Origin: an uncultured Acidimicrobiaceae bacterium
GTDB lineage: Bacteria > Actinomycetota > Acidimicrobiia > Spongiisociales > UBA5794
Length of the DNA stretch: 56,221 nucleotides
Assembly: GCA_964387145.1 (NCBI GenBank)
Contig: CAYLVM010000005.1
Location: forward strand, 1 to 56,221
Reading direction: 5' to 3'
The translations under genes and the position numbers were made by a program. Shown one piece after another: positions 17,275 to 27,257 of this stretch (positions within the stretch are counted from its first letter, which is position 1; every line of letters starts with the position of its first letter). The notes under the pieces were generated by a model. That model saw nothing but the letters and a program-made list of their open reading frames with translations. It was not told the DNA's origin and made no database searches.

Positions 17275-18899
17275 CGGTCAAAATAGGATTTCTCGGCGGC
17301 CTCGGCGAAGTCGGGCGCAACTGTGCATCGGTCGATATCGACGGCGAACTCGCCATGATCGATTGCGGCTTGATGTTCCCGGAAGAGGACATGCTCGGTG
17401 TCGATCTCGTCCTCCCGGACTTCACGTCGATCCTCGACCGCCGGGACGATCTCAACTGCATCATCCTGACGCACGGCCACGAGGACCACATCGGTGCCCT
17501 TGCGTTCCTCCTCCGTGACGTCAACGTTCCCATCTATGGAACTGCGCTCACCGTCGAGTTCGCTCGTGCTCGCGTCGAAGAGTACGGGATCACCCCCGAC
17601 CTGCGGGTGGTCGAGCAGTACGAGTGGGTCGATCATGGACCGTTCCGCTTCACGTTCGTGCCGGTGTCGCACTCGATCCCCGATGCCGCCGGCGTTGCGT
17701 TCGACACCCCGGAAGGGATCGTCCTGCACAGCGGTGACTTCAAGCTCGATCCGACACCGATCGATGGGGTGCCGACAGATCTCCGGTCGTTCGCGACGAT
17801 CGGGAAGAAGGGTGTCCGGCTGCTTCTTGCCGACTCGACGAACGCCGAACGGCCGGGCTTCGTGCCGTCGGAAACGACAGTGGGGGTACGCCTCGACGAG
17901 ATCATGAGCAAGGCGACCGGCAGAGTGATCGTTGCTTGTTTCGCCTCACATGTGCACCGGGTCCAGCAAGCGATCAACGCTGCCGTCAGCGACGGGCGAC
18001 GCTTCGCCTTCATCGGTCGATCGATGCTGCGCAACTCGGACATAGCGGTCGATCTCGGTGTGCTCGAAATCCCCGATGGTGCGCTCGTCGATCTCGACGC
18101 ACTTGTTTCGATGCCAGAGGAAGAGACGGCGATCATCTCGACCGGCAGTCAGGGAGAACCTTTCGCAGCGCTGTCGCTCATGTCGGCAGGGGACCATCGG
18201 TCGGTGAAGTTGACCGAGCGCGATACGGTCATCATCTCGGCGACACCCATTCCCGGGAACGAAACGAAAGTGTCGCGGGTCATCAACAACCTGTACCGGC
18301 TCGGTGTCACGGTGTTCCACGGTCGCAACACCCACGTCCACGTTTCCGGACACGCCGCAGCTGAAGAGCTCAAGACCTTCTACAACACGGTCCGCCCGGA
18401 CGCGTTGGTCCCGGTGCACGGTGAGTACCGCCACCTCGTCACGAACGCCGCCATCGGCAGGGAGATGCGGATCCCTGAAGTCGAGGTGTGTGAGGACGGC
18501 GACGTCGTCATCCTCGAGGACGGCAAGCTACGCGTGGAGCGCCAGGCGATCCCTGCCGGGTACGTCTACGTCGACGGGACCGAGATCGGAGAGGCCGATA
18601 CGATCATCAGAGACCGTCGCCACCTCGCCGACGACGGTGTCCTGATCGTCACCGTCGGAGTGAACTTCACGACGGGTGAGGTTCTCATCGGCCCCGACGT
18701 CGACAGCCATGGTGTGATCACCGACGAAGAGGACATGCACGCGCTCATCAAAGAGCGCGTCATGGCATCGATCGCTGATCTCGATCCTCCGATCGACGCC
18801 GACGTGTTGCGCCGCCGTGTGCGCAACGTCGCTACGAGAGCCATCAAGAAGGCTGCCAAGAGGCGACCCGTGGTGTTGCCCGTCGTCATAGAGGTCTGA
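17271..18899 (+). CDS. rnj: Ribonuclease J
   Basis: GGLGEVGRN, THGHEDHIG, HSIPD, GDFKLD, FASHVHRVQQ, TGSQGEP, HVSGH, PVHGEYRH. Confidence 0.97.
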   Translation: MTVKIGFLGGLGEVGRNCASVDIDGELAMIDCGLMFPEEDMLGVDLVLPDFTSILDRRDDLNCIILTHGHEDHIGALAFLLRDVNVPIYGTALTVEFARARVEEYGITPDLRVVEQYEWVDHGPFRFTFVPVSHSIPDAAGVAFDTPEGIVLHSGDFKLDPTPIDGVPTDLRSFATIGKKGVRLLLADSTNAERPGFVPSETTVGVRLDEIMSKATGRVIVACFASHVHRVQQAINAAVSDGRRFAFIGRSMLRNSDIAVDLGVLEIPDGALVDLDALVSMPEEETAIISTGSQGEPFAALSLMSAGDHRSVKLTERDTVIISATPIPGNETKVSRVINNLYRLGVTVFHGRNTHVHVSGHAAAEELKTFYNTVRPDALVPVHGEYRHLVTNAAIGREMRIPEVEVCEDGDVVILEDGKLRVERQAIPAGYVYVDGTEIGEADTIIRDRRHLADDGVLIVTVGVNFTTGEVLIGPDVDSHGVITDEEDMHALIKERVMASIADLDPPIDADVLRRRVRNVATRAIKKAAKRRPVVLPVVIEV

Positions 18900-19010
18900 G
18901 CCGGTCTCTGCCCGATTCCAGGGTGAATTACAAGCAGGTAACTCTGAGCGCGACGAATCGCGCGAACGGTGGTTTGTTGTTGGTGGGATCTGGGGTACAG
19001 TTATAACCCC

Positions 19011-21251
19011 ATGGCGACACGCACTACGTCGAGTCGGGCCACGGGGCGGAGAACGGCACAACGCAAACAGAAGAAACCGACACGATCGAGACGCACGGTC
19101 CTCGCGCTGAGGAGCATCCCGTCGAAGGTCGGTGACCACCTCGGCGACCACCGTGCCGACGTATGGGGGATCGCCCTCATCGCATCGGGTCTCCTCGTCC
19201 TCCTCTCGTTCTTCGATCTGTCCGGACCGATCGGCAGCATCGCGTCGAGCGGAACACGGTCTCTCTTCGGGGTCTGGGCGTTCATCGTGCCGCTCGTGCT
19301 CATCGTTTTCGGTCTCTCGCTGATGGGTGTGCTGCCGAAGCGGGACAACAACCGATCCATCATCGGCACGGCGATCATCTTCCTCGGATCACTTGCACTG
19401 TTCCACCTCATGACGGGCAATGTCCCTCTCGTCGGTGCAGAGACGTCCGTCGACCAGTCCGGCGGGATCGTCGGATCCGTCATGGCCTTCCCCCTGGAGC
19501 GCCTTTCCGGTTTCTGGGGAGCGTTCGTGATCCTGCTTGCCGTGATCGGTGTCGGCGCGCTGCTCGTGACGGGGGCGACGATCGGCGACGTCGTGAGCGC
19601 TGGCGCAAGATCTGCGAGAAGTTTCTGGAACTGGGTCGGCATGGCACGCGTGCAGCGTTCCGTGCCGACCGAGGCCACGGCTACGGCGACCATCATCGAC
19701 GACGCTCCGATCGAGGTCGCCGCACCCCAGCCGAAGGCCAAACGGAAGTCGGCGAAGGCCAAGCAGACGCCCCGGACCGAAGCGGTGAAGGTCGCGACAC
19801 CAACAACAACGAACGGCTACCAGCTTCCCCCGCTCGACATGCTCCACCTGTCCAAACGCTCCGGCCACGATGGGAGAGGCCTGAAAGAGACGGGCGAGGC
19901 ACTCGAGGAGGCACTCAAACAGCACGGAGTCGACGCAAGGTTGACCCGCATCGTGCCAGGCCCGACCGTGACACGCTATGAGATCGAGCTTGCACCCGGT
20001 GTCAAGGTGAACAAGGTCACGAATCTCAGCAACGATATCGCCTACGCACTTGCCTCTGCAGACGTGCGGATCCTTGCACCGATACCTGGCAAGTCGGCGA
20101 TCGGCGTCGAGGTCCCCAACAGGAAACGACAGCTCGTGACCGCAGGCGACATCCTGCGCTCCGATGTCGCCCAGGCCGACCACGACCCGATGCTCGTCAG
20201 CCTCGGCATGGATGTCTCAGGGACACCGAGAATGCTTCGACTCACAGAGCTTCCGCACATGCTCATCGCCGGGGCGACGGGGGCAGGCAAGTCGTCATGC
20301 ATCAACTCGTTACTTACGTCGCTGCTCGTCCGCTCGACACCCGAGGAGGTCCGCCTGATCCTCGTCGACCCGAAGCGCGTGGAACTCGGCCAGTACAACG
20401 ATGCACCTCACCTGCTCACGCGGGTCATCACGAACCCGAAGAAGGCTGCCGACGCGCTGCAGTGGGCAGTCGCGGAGATGGATCGCAGGTACGACCTCCT
20501 CGCAGACGCCGGCGTGCGGGACATCGACTCGTACCGTGAGAAGTACGATGCTGGCGGTGTCGACGAGGAGATGTTCGACCGGTTCCCCTACATCGTCATC
20601 GTCGTCGATGAGCTGAACGACCTCATGATGGTCGCCGGTCGTGTGGTCGAGGACTCGATCGTGCGCATCGCCCAGATGGCCCGTGCGGTCGGTATCCACC
20701 TCGTTCTCGCCACGCAGCGACCCTCGGTCAACGTCATCACCGGTGTGATCAAGGCGAACATACCGAGCAGACTCGCGTTCTCCGTGGCTTCTCAGACGGA
20801 TTCGCGGGTGATCATCGATCAGGCAGGGGCAGACAAACTCATCGGTCTCGGCGACATGCTCGTCGTCACGAGCCGGGACCCGAAGCCGGAGCGAATCCAG
20901 GGTTCGTTCGTCTCTGAGGCAGAGATCCATGCGGTCGTCGAGTGGGTCAAGGCGCAACGAGAAACGCAGTACCGCGACACCGAGGTCTTCGAACAAGCCA
21001 AGCAGCAGGCGGCAGATGTCGAGGAGTTCGATGGCGAGGATCCCGAGATCATGCGTCAGGCGATCGAGCTGATCGTGCGCTCCCAGCTTGGATCGACGTC
21101 GATGCTCCAACGGAAGCTTCGGATCGGATTCGCACGTGCAGGGCGCGTGATGGACATCCTCGAAGCCAAGGGTGTGGTTGGACCATCCGAAGGATCGAAG
21201 GCCCGATCAGTGTTGATCACCGAGGACGAGCTGACGTCGATTCTCGGCTAG
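19011..21251 (+). CDS. ftsK: DNA translocase FtsK/SpoIIIE
   Basis: N-terminal TM domain, PHMLIAGATGAGKS, VVDELNDLMM, ATQRPSVNVITG, gamma domain STSMLQRKLRIGFARAGR. Confidence 0.97.
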   Translation: MATRTTSSRATGRRTAQRKQKKPTRSRRTVLALRSIPSKVGDHLGDHRADVWGIALIASGLLVLLSFFDLSGPIGSIASSGTRSLFGVWAFIVPLVLIVFGLSLMGVLPKRDNNRSIIGTAIIFLGSLALFHLMTGNVPLVGAETSVDQSGGIVGSVMAFPLERLSGFWGAFVILLAVIGVGALLVTGATIGDVVSAGARSARSFWNWVGMARVQRSVPTEATATATIIDDAPIEVAAPQPKAKRKSAKAKQTPRTEAVKVATPTTTNGYQLPPLDMLHLSKRSGHDGRGLKETGEALEEALKQHGVDARLTRIVPGPTVTRYEIELAPGVKVNKVTNLSNDIAYALASADVRILAPIPGKSAIGVEVPNRKRQLVTAGDILRSDVAQADHDPMLVSLGMDVSGTPRMLRLTELPHMLIAGATGAGKSSCINSLLTSLLVRSTPEEVRLILVDPKRVELGQYNDAPHLLTRVITNPKKAADALQWAVAEMDRRYDLLADAGVRDIDSYREKYDAGGVDEEMFDRFPYIVIVVDELNDLMMVAGRVVEDSIVRIAQMARAVGIHLVLATQRPSVNVITGVIKANIPSRLAFSVASQTDSRVIIDQAGADKLIGLGDMLVVTSRDPKPERIQGSFVSEAEIHAVVEWVKAQRETQYRDTEVFEQAKQQAADVEEFDGEDPEIMRQAIELIVRSQLGSTSMLQRKLRIGFARAGRVMDILEAKGVVGPSEGSKARSVLITEDELTSILG

Positions 21252-21371
21252 GGACGGCCGATCCATGCGATAGAGGATTCGCGCTCTTCGTCATCGAACA
21301 GAACGGCCGAGCTGGCACGCAACGCGGGCTGTGCCTCCCTCGTGTCGAGGACCTTCGGTAGGGTTGCAGAC

Positions 21372-22985
21372 TCACTCCATCAAGAGGTTCTCGTACTCGG
21401 CGCGTACAACCTTCTTGTCGAACTTGCCGGTGCCCGTCTTGGGGATGTCATCGATGAAGATGAACGCGTCCGGCATCCACCAGTCGGCGATGCGCGGCCC
21501 GAGATACTCTCTGATGTCGGATTCGGTCACCTCGGAGTTCTCCTTGGCGACGACGAACGCGACGGGTCGTTCCTGCCACTTCGGGTGTGCAAGGCCGACC
21601 ACCGTCGCCTCGGCGACGCCGGGACAACCCATGATCTCGTTCTCGACGTCGAGTGACGAGATCCACTCGCCTCCGGACTTGATCACGTCTTTCGCCCTGT
21701 CGGTGATCCTGACGTAGCCGTCTGGCGTGATCTTGCACACGTCTCCCGTTCGGAGCCAACCGTCGACGAACGACTCGGGGGAGCGGGGATCGTTGTAGTA
21801 CTCAGCTGCGATCCATGGTCCACGGATGAGGAGTTCACCGAACGCTTCCCCATCGTTTGGGAGCGTGGCGAAGCTCTCGTCGACGATCTTGACCTGGAGG
21901 CCCGGGATGGGGCGGCCTGCCGTCTCGAGCACATCGAGCTTCTTCTCCCACGTCCAGTCCTCCATCCACGGCTTGAGCATCGAGGCGGCCGCGACCGGGT
22001 TCGTCTCCGTCATCCCCCAACCCTGGACGACGCGAACGCCGGCGTTCTTCTCGAACCAATCGATCATCGACCGAGGCACGGCTGATCCGCCGCACAGGAA
22101 CTTCTTGATGTTCGAGATGTCGAGGTCGGGGTTGGCTTCGAGATGGTGCTGGATCGCGAGCCATACGGTCGGAACGCCGGCAGAGAAGGTGACCTTCTCG
22201 TCGATGAACAGTTTCGTGAGGCCTGGTCCGGAGAGGTCGGGACCGGGGTACGTGAGCTTCGCTCCGACGGTGACTGCCATGAACGGGTACCCCCACGACG
22301 CTGCGTGGAACATCGGAACGACGGGCAGGATGTTGTCTTCGGCCGACAGCGGGTTCGCCACGAGGTTCGAGATCGTATGAAGGTACGTGGAGCGCTGTGT
22401 GTACGCGACTCCTTTGGGGTTCCCTGTGGTTCCCGAGGTGTAGCAGTACATCATGGGGCTGCGCTCATCGAGGAGCGGCCACTCGGTCATCGGCTCGACG
22501 TCAGCAATGAGGTCCTCATAGGCGATCGCACCGTCGATACCGCAGCCCTCGGTCGTGGGTCCCATGATGACGATGTGCTCGACGGTCTCGAACTTGGAGA
22601 CCATCGGGGCGAGCACGGATGCGAGGTCGGGATCGACGAAGATCACCCGGTCCTCGCCGTGGTTGACGATGTACTCGAGTTGGTGAGGGAAGAGCCGGAT
22701 GTTCAGGGTGTGGCAGATCCGCCCGGAGTTCGCCGTTGCCCAATACAGCTCGTGGTGCCGATGGTTGTTCCATGCGAACGTCCCGACGGCCTCCCCTTGT
22801 CCGATGTCGAGCTTGTCGGCGATCGCTGCGGCCAAACGGCGGATGCGGTCGTCCGTCTCGAGATAGGTGGTGCGGTGGATCGTTCGATCAGCTTCCACGG
22901 ACACGATCTCCTGCTGGGGGTACTGCCAAACAGCGTTGTCATACAACGTGCTCATCAGCAGTGGGAAGTCGTCTTGCATGTGCAT
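21372..22985 (-). CDS. Acyl-CoA ligase (AlkK / DmdB-like medium-chain fatty acid-CoA ligase)
   Basis: YTSGTTGNPKG, VVPMFHAASWG, QGWGMTETNP, WLRTGD, DRAKDVIKSGGEWISS. AGGA RBS before ATG 22985. Confidence 0.9.
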   Translation of the reverse strand: MHMQDDFPLLMSTLYDNAVWQYPQQEIVSVEADRTIHRTTYLETDDRIRRLAAAIADKLDIGQGEAVGTFAWNNHRHHELYWATANSGRICHTLNIRLFPHQLEYIVNHGEDRVIFVDPDLASVLAPMVSKFETVEHIVIMGPTTEGCGIDGAIAYEDLIADVEPMTEWPLLDERSPMMYCYTSGTTGNPKGVAYTQRSTYLHTISNLVANPLSAEDNILPVVPMFHAASWGYPFMAVTVGAKLTYPGPDLSGPGLTKLFIDEKVTFSAGVPTVWLAIQHHLEANPDLDISNIKKFLCGGSAVPRSMIDWFEKNAGVRVVQGWGMTETNPVAAASMLKPWMEDWTWEKKLDVLETAGRPIPGLQVKIVDESFATLPNDGEAFGELLIRGPWIAAEYYNDPRSPESFVDGWLRTGDVCKITPDGYVRITDRAKDVIKSGGEWISSLDVENEIMGCPGVAEATVVGLAHPKWQERPVAFVVAKENSEVTESDIREYLGPRIADWWMPDAFIFIDDIPKTGTGKFDKKVVRAEYENLLME

Positions 22986-23075
22986 GGAATCGTTCCTTTC
23001 GTGACCACCCCACGATAGGAACCCTTGGGGCATGTGCAACGCACACATACCCCGTCGAACGCGTACCCTCAGGGT

Positions 23076-24845
23076 ATGTTTGGTGCTCGATTCGACGACG
23101 TGGCGAGGCAGGAGTCGTTCGTACTGACACGGCCTCTCGAGACGCTCGCGGCGTCGACGTGCGACGAGGTTCGCGACGTGATCGCTCGGGCGGGTGAGGC
23201 AGCCCGGGGCGGGGCCTGGGTTGCAGGGTACGTGTCGTACGAAGCTGCACCAGCGTTCGACGCCGGCTACGTCGTGCGATCGTCCTCCAGGCCGTACGTG
23301 GCATGGTTCGGCGTCTTCGGTGGGAGGGAGCTCGTTCCGGTGGCTGTGCACGACCCGCGTGCAGGCGGTGGGTACGCTGTGTCGAAGTGGAGCCCTGTGA
23401 TCGACAAGGACGATTACGAGTCCATCTTCTGCGCTGTCAAGGAGCGTATCGAGAACGGGGAGGCGAACCAGGTCGAACTGACGTTCCCGCTCCGTGCAGC
23501 CTTCACGGGTAGCGCCGACGTGTTCTACAACGATCTCGTCTGTGCGCAGCGCCCCGGATACGCGTCACACCTCTGGCACGACAACGTCCACGTTCTGTCG
23601 GTGTCCCCGGAGCGGTTCTTCACCGTCGACGACGGCGTCGTGACCGTCCAACCGATGAAGGGTGTGGCCGCCAGAGGGCGATGGCTTGCAGAGGACGACA
23701 TGCATAGGGATGCTCTTGCAGCCTCAGGCGAAGACCGGTCAGACAATCGCATGGTCGTTGACCTGGTACGCAAGGAACTCTCCCGGATCGCGATACCCGG
23801 TACCGTCGAAGTTGGCGACCTCTTCACCGTCGAGCAGTTCAGAACCGGTTGGCAGATGAGCTCGACGATCACCGCTGTGACCAGGGAGGACACGGGCCTC
23901 CTCGACGTGTTCGATACGTTGTTCCCGAGCGGAACGGCCACGGGCGATCCGAAGGCTCGATCCATGAAGATCATCGCCGACCTCGAGCCGTCGCCACGTG
24001 GCATCTACTGCGGAACGATCGGCTACATCCCACCTGGCGATGGGCTCGAGGGTGCGTCGTTCAACGTCGCGATCAGGACCGTCGAAGTCGACGAGGCCGA
24101 GGGCGTTGCTACCTACGGTGTGGGAGCGGCGATCACGAGGCACTCGACCGTCGACGAGGAGTTCGATGAGGCGGTCACCACGTCTGAGGTTCTGCGGTTC
24201 AACGTCTCTCCACTGCAGCTGATCGAGATCGTCCGATGGGACGATGGCTGGCTGTGGTTGGACGATCATCTCGATCGCATGGAACGAAGTGCTTCTTACT
24301 GGGGTTTCAAGGTCGATCGCTACGAGATCATCGAGATGCTCGACGAAGCTGTCTCGACGTGTTCGGGACCGATGCTGATACGCATCGTGGCTCAGCCAGA
24401 CGGATCCGTGTTCGTGACGACGGAGTCGACACATGAACGCTGGTCTCCAGGCCCGGGGCCGTCGGCTGATCCGGTGCTACTCGCTCTCGATCTCGAGCCG
24501 ATCGACAGTCGTAACCCGCGGATATTCCACAAGACGTCCGACCGACGATCATTCGCGGTTCGCAGCGAGCGCCATCCGGGATGCGACGATGTGCTCCTCA
24601 TCAACCGCCATGGGCAGGTCACCGAGTCGACGGTCGCCAATGTCGCGTTTCGCATCGACGAGCGATGGGTCACGCCTCCGGTGACCGACGGTCTCCTCGC
24701 GGGAGTGATGCGGAACCGACTCGTCGCCTCAGGCACGTTGGAGGAACGATCGGTGAGCATCCGTGAGGCGCTCGACGCGGACGTCGTCGCGCTCGTGTCG
24801 TCTGTACACGGCTGGCGACCTGCCGTCCTGGTCGAGCACTCCTGA
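23076..24845 (+). CDS. PabB-PabC-type fusion (chorismate-binding domain + class IV PLP lyase domain)
   Basis: SPERFF, PMKG, RGIYCGTIG and FNVAIRT (MST fold); LDDHLDRMERSA, FHKT and DGLLAG (class IV). TACCCT 6 nt before ATG 23076. Confidence 0.85.
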   Translation: MFGARFDDVARQESFVLTRPLETLAASTCDEVRDVIARAGEAARGGAWVAGYVSYEAAPAFDAGYVVRSSSRPYVAWFGVFGGRELVPVAVHDPRAGGGYAVSKWSPVIDKDDYESIFCAVKERIENGEANQVELTFPLRAAFTGSADVFYNDLVCAQRPGYASHLWHDNVHVLSVSPERFFTVDDGVVTVQPMKGVAARGRWLAEDDMHRDALAASGEDRSDNRMVVDLVRKELSRIAIPGTVEVGDLFTVEQFRTGWQMSSTITAVTREDTGLLDVFDTLFPSGTATGDPKARSMKIIADLEPSPRGIYCGTIGYIPPGDGLEGASFNVAIRTVEVDEAEGVATYGVGAAITRHSTVDEEFDEAVTTSEVLRFNVSPLQLIEIVRWDDGWLWLDDHLDRMERSASYWGFKVDRYEIIEMLDEAVSTCSGPMLIRIVAQPDGSVFVTTESTHERWSPGPGPSADPVLLALDLEPIDSRNPRIFHKTSDRRSFAVRSERHPGCDDVLLINRHGQVTESTVANVAFRIDERWVTPPVTDGLLAGVMRNRLVASGTLEERSVSIREALDADVVALVSSVHGWRPAVLVEHS

Positions 24846-24879
24846 ACCCGATCCGTGGGTTCGTCCTGTGCCCGCTCCG

Positions 24880-25722
24880 TCACTCGGTGGCCAGGAACGT
24901 CTCCGTCGTGTCCCAGAGATCCTCGATGCGGTCGACGCGAACGGTTGCATCGTCATGGAGATCTGAGGCGACCTGGGCGACAAGCAGCTCAGCCATGGTG
25001 ACGGCAGGAACCGAGCTGTCGAAGGGGCCGATCGCCGGCACGGTCAGCTCGCACCATGTCGCGGCGAGGGCAGCGAGGGGAGACAGCGGACCGTCGGTGA
25101 TAGCGATCATCTCAACGCCGGCGTCGGCGAGGATGCGTGCGATGCGAACGGCCTCTGCGCGGTAGCGGGAGAAGTCGAACGCGACACCGGCATCACCGGC
25201 CCGCGCGTCGGCAAGGGCGACGGGAACGGTTGCCCCTTCGAGGAAGTGAACGTTCGGTCGGATCATGCTGAGTCCGCTGAACAGCGTGGAGGCGCCTGCC
25301 CGGGATGTCTCGCCGGTCACGATCCACACTGCATGGGCGCGCACGAGGGGAGCGGCGAGAGCCGCAAGTCGTCCACCCTCTGTGACCTCGAACACGGATG
25401 CGGTGGCACGGTCGATCGCGGCCTGCGCGGTCGCGTTCGTGGACCCATCGTGGCGGATCCTCTGACTCGGGCGGGTCACCTGTTCCGAGAGCGTCTCGCG
25501 AACCGAAGCCTGGAGTTCGCTGTACCCACCGAATCCGAGCTTGTGCGCGAACCGCACGATCGACGGCCGGCTCGTCCCGACACGGGTTGCGAGATCCGAT
25601 ACGGTGCCGAACGCGAGAAGCGTAGGTTCGGCGAGTACCGCCTCTGCGATGCGGCGCTCCGTCGGTGTCAGGCGATCTGCAGCGGCGGCGATGAGTTCCG
25701 GTGTCGTGGCTCGGATGTGCAT
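24880..25722 (-). CDS. MurR/RpiR-family transcriptional regulator (HTH + SIS)
   Basis: LTPTERRIA, TSRPSIVRFAHKLGFGGYSELQ, SIS-domain AITDGPLSPLA. Divergent from the aminomutase operon. Confidence 0.93.
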   Translation of the reverse strand: MHIRATTPELIAAAADRLTPTERRIAEAVLAEPTLLAFGTVSDLATRVGTSRPSIVRFAHKLGFGGYSELQASVRETLSEQVTRPSQRIRHDGSTNATAQAAIDRATASVFEVTEGGRLAALAAPLVRAHAVWIVTGETSRAGASTLFSGLSMIRPNVHFLEGATVPVALADARAGDAGVAFDFSRYRAEAVRIARILADAGVEMIAITDGPLSPLAALAATWCELTVPAIGPFDSSVPAVTMAELLVAQVASDLHDDATVRVDRIEDLWDTTETFLATE

Positions 25723-25802
25723 TGTGTTACAGTATCATAAAGCAGATATTCACTGCGTTACATGACCGACTCCGTGAGAGCACCAGCGAATCGAGGCTGC
25801 AA
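25723..25802. promoter_or_regulatory. Divergent promoter region rpiR / aminomutase operon
   Basis: TACTGT 6 nt before the rpiR ATG on the minus strand, TATCAT (25733-25738) on the plus strand, two GTTACA copies (25726, 25757). Confidence 0.55.
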
Positions 25803-27257
25803 GTGGGCACATCGAGCAAGTACGTTCCATCGGCGAGGGAGCAGGCGTTCCTCGACCGGGTGGAGAACCCCAAGTACGATCGGGAGATCATCAACGGTCT
25901 CACCCCGTTCTTCGAGGACCGAGCCCCGGACGATATGAAGGACTTCTACTCGAGCGACGAGATCGCTGCATTGACAGAACTCCGCGGCACCGAGCGTGAC
26001 GTCGAGGCCCGCATGCCGGTCAAGATCACCCGGCATTACTTCGAGATGGCGAAGCATTCACAGGCCCTTCAGCGTCTGGTCAAGGCGAGCCCCGACGAGA
26101 CGCTCAACCTGGCAGGATCTGAGGATCCAGGCTTTCAGATGGACTACAGCCCGGTCGAAGGCTTGCTGCACAAGTACGAGATGGGACTCATGTACGTGAT
26201 CTCTACATGCTCGGCCCACTGTCGGTTCTGTTACCGCGAGGAGCTGATCTCTCGCAAGGACATCGAGCGCCAGGACGGGACCGTTGCCAAGAAGGGGTTG
26301 GCCCAGATCGGCGACGTGACGGCCTACATTCGGTCACACAACGCAGTCGTCGAGAGCAACGGTGGCGTCCACCCCGAGTCGGGGCGTGAGAAGCTGCGCG
26401 AGATCCTGCTCTCTGGTGGCGATCCGATGGTGCTGCCGAACGCGAAGATCGCAGCATGGTTCGCCGCACTCGCCGAGGCAGGTGTCGAATCCATCCGGCT
26501 TGGAACGAAGGAGATGGCGTTCTACCCCGATCGTTTCGACGGTGCGTTCCTCTCCATGCTCGATGCGTTCCACGAGACGTACCCCGACGTGGGGCTCAGG
26601 TTGATGGTCCACTTCAACCACCCCGACGAGTTCCTCGTCAAGGATGCTTCCGGTGCGTACCTCGAGAACCCGAACGGGTCGCTGCGATGGAACGATCGGG
26701 CCAAGCGGGCCATGGATGCGATCGTCGAACGTGGCTGGATCAACGTCGAGAACCAGGCACCGATCATCAAAGGGATCAACGACGACGCTGATGCCCTGCG
26801 GATCATGCAGCGGGCGCTGTACCGGGTCGGAGTCGGCAACCACTACTTCTTCTGCGGTAGGGACATCGTTGCCCACAAGGCGTTCAACGTACCCATCGAG
26901 ACCGCATGGCACATCCTCAACGAATCCCAGAAGGGCCTCTCGGGCGTTGAGACCCACGCTCGTCTGTCGATCACCCACTACAAGGGCAAGACCGAGGTGG
27001 CAGCGGTCACGAACGAGCCGATCCCCGGCGTTCCAGCATCCCAGAACGGGGTCCTGGTCTTCAAGATCCTTCGCAACGCCAAGGACGCGAAGGACCGAGG
27101 CAAGGTGTGCATCGTCGGTCGCAACCCTGACGCGATCTGGTTCGACGACTACGAGGATCGCGTCATCTACGACGAGGCGGGACTCTTCGACTACCGGCGC
27201 GTCGAAGCCCAAGGTGCTGAGGTTCCGTTGAGCGTTGGCTCGCCCGTGTCGTCGTGA
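25803..27257 (+). CDS. KamA/lysine-2,3-aminomutase-like radical SAM enzyme (substrate unknown)
   Basis: PVKITRHY, SPVEGLLHKY, CSAHCRFCYR (CxxxCxxC), LSGGDP, HFNHPDE, NQAPIIKGINDD, LSG...KGK. GAGG RBS before GTG 25803. Confidence 0.9.
   Translation: MGTSSKYVPSAREQAFLDRVENPKYDREIINGLTPFFEDRAPDDMKDFYSSDEIAALTELRGTERDVEARMPVKITRHYFEMAKHSQALQRLVKASPDETLNLAGSEDPGFQMDYSPVEGLLHKYEMGLMYVISTCSAHCRFCYREELISRKDIERQDGTVAKKGLAQIGDVTAYIRSHNAVVESNGGVHPESGREKLREILLSGGDPMVLPNAKIAAWFAALAEAGVESIRLGTKEMAFYPDRFDGAFLSMLDAFHETYPDVGLRLMVHFNHPDEFLVKDASGAYLENPNGSLRWNDRAKRAMDAIVERGWINVENQAPIIKGINDDADALRIMQRALYRVGVGNHYFFCGRDIVAHKAFNVPIETAWHILNESQKGLSGVETHARLSITHYKGKTEVAAVTNEPIPGVPASQNGVLVFKILRNAKDAKDRGKVCIVGRNPDAIWFDDYEDRVIYDEAGLFDYRRVEAQGAEVPLSVGSPVSS

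Noticed and set aside
25803-27257. Annotation as EpmB or a fermentative lysine 2,3-aminomutase
   Set aside because: There are no efp/epmA or kamDE/kdd/kce neighbours, and the lysine-binding Asp residues are not clearly conserved.
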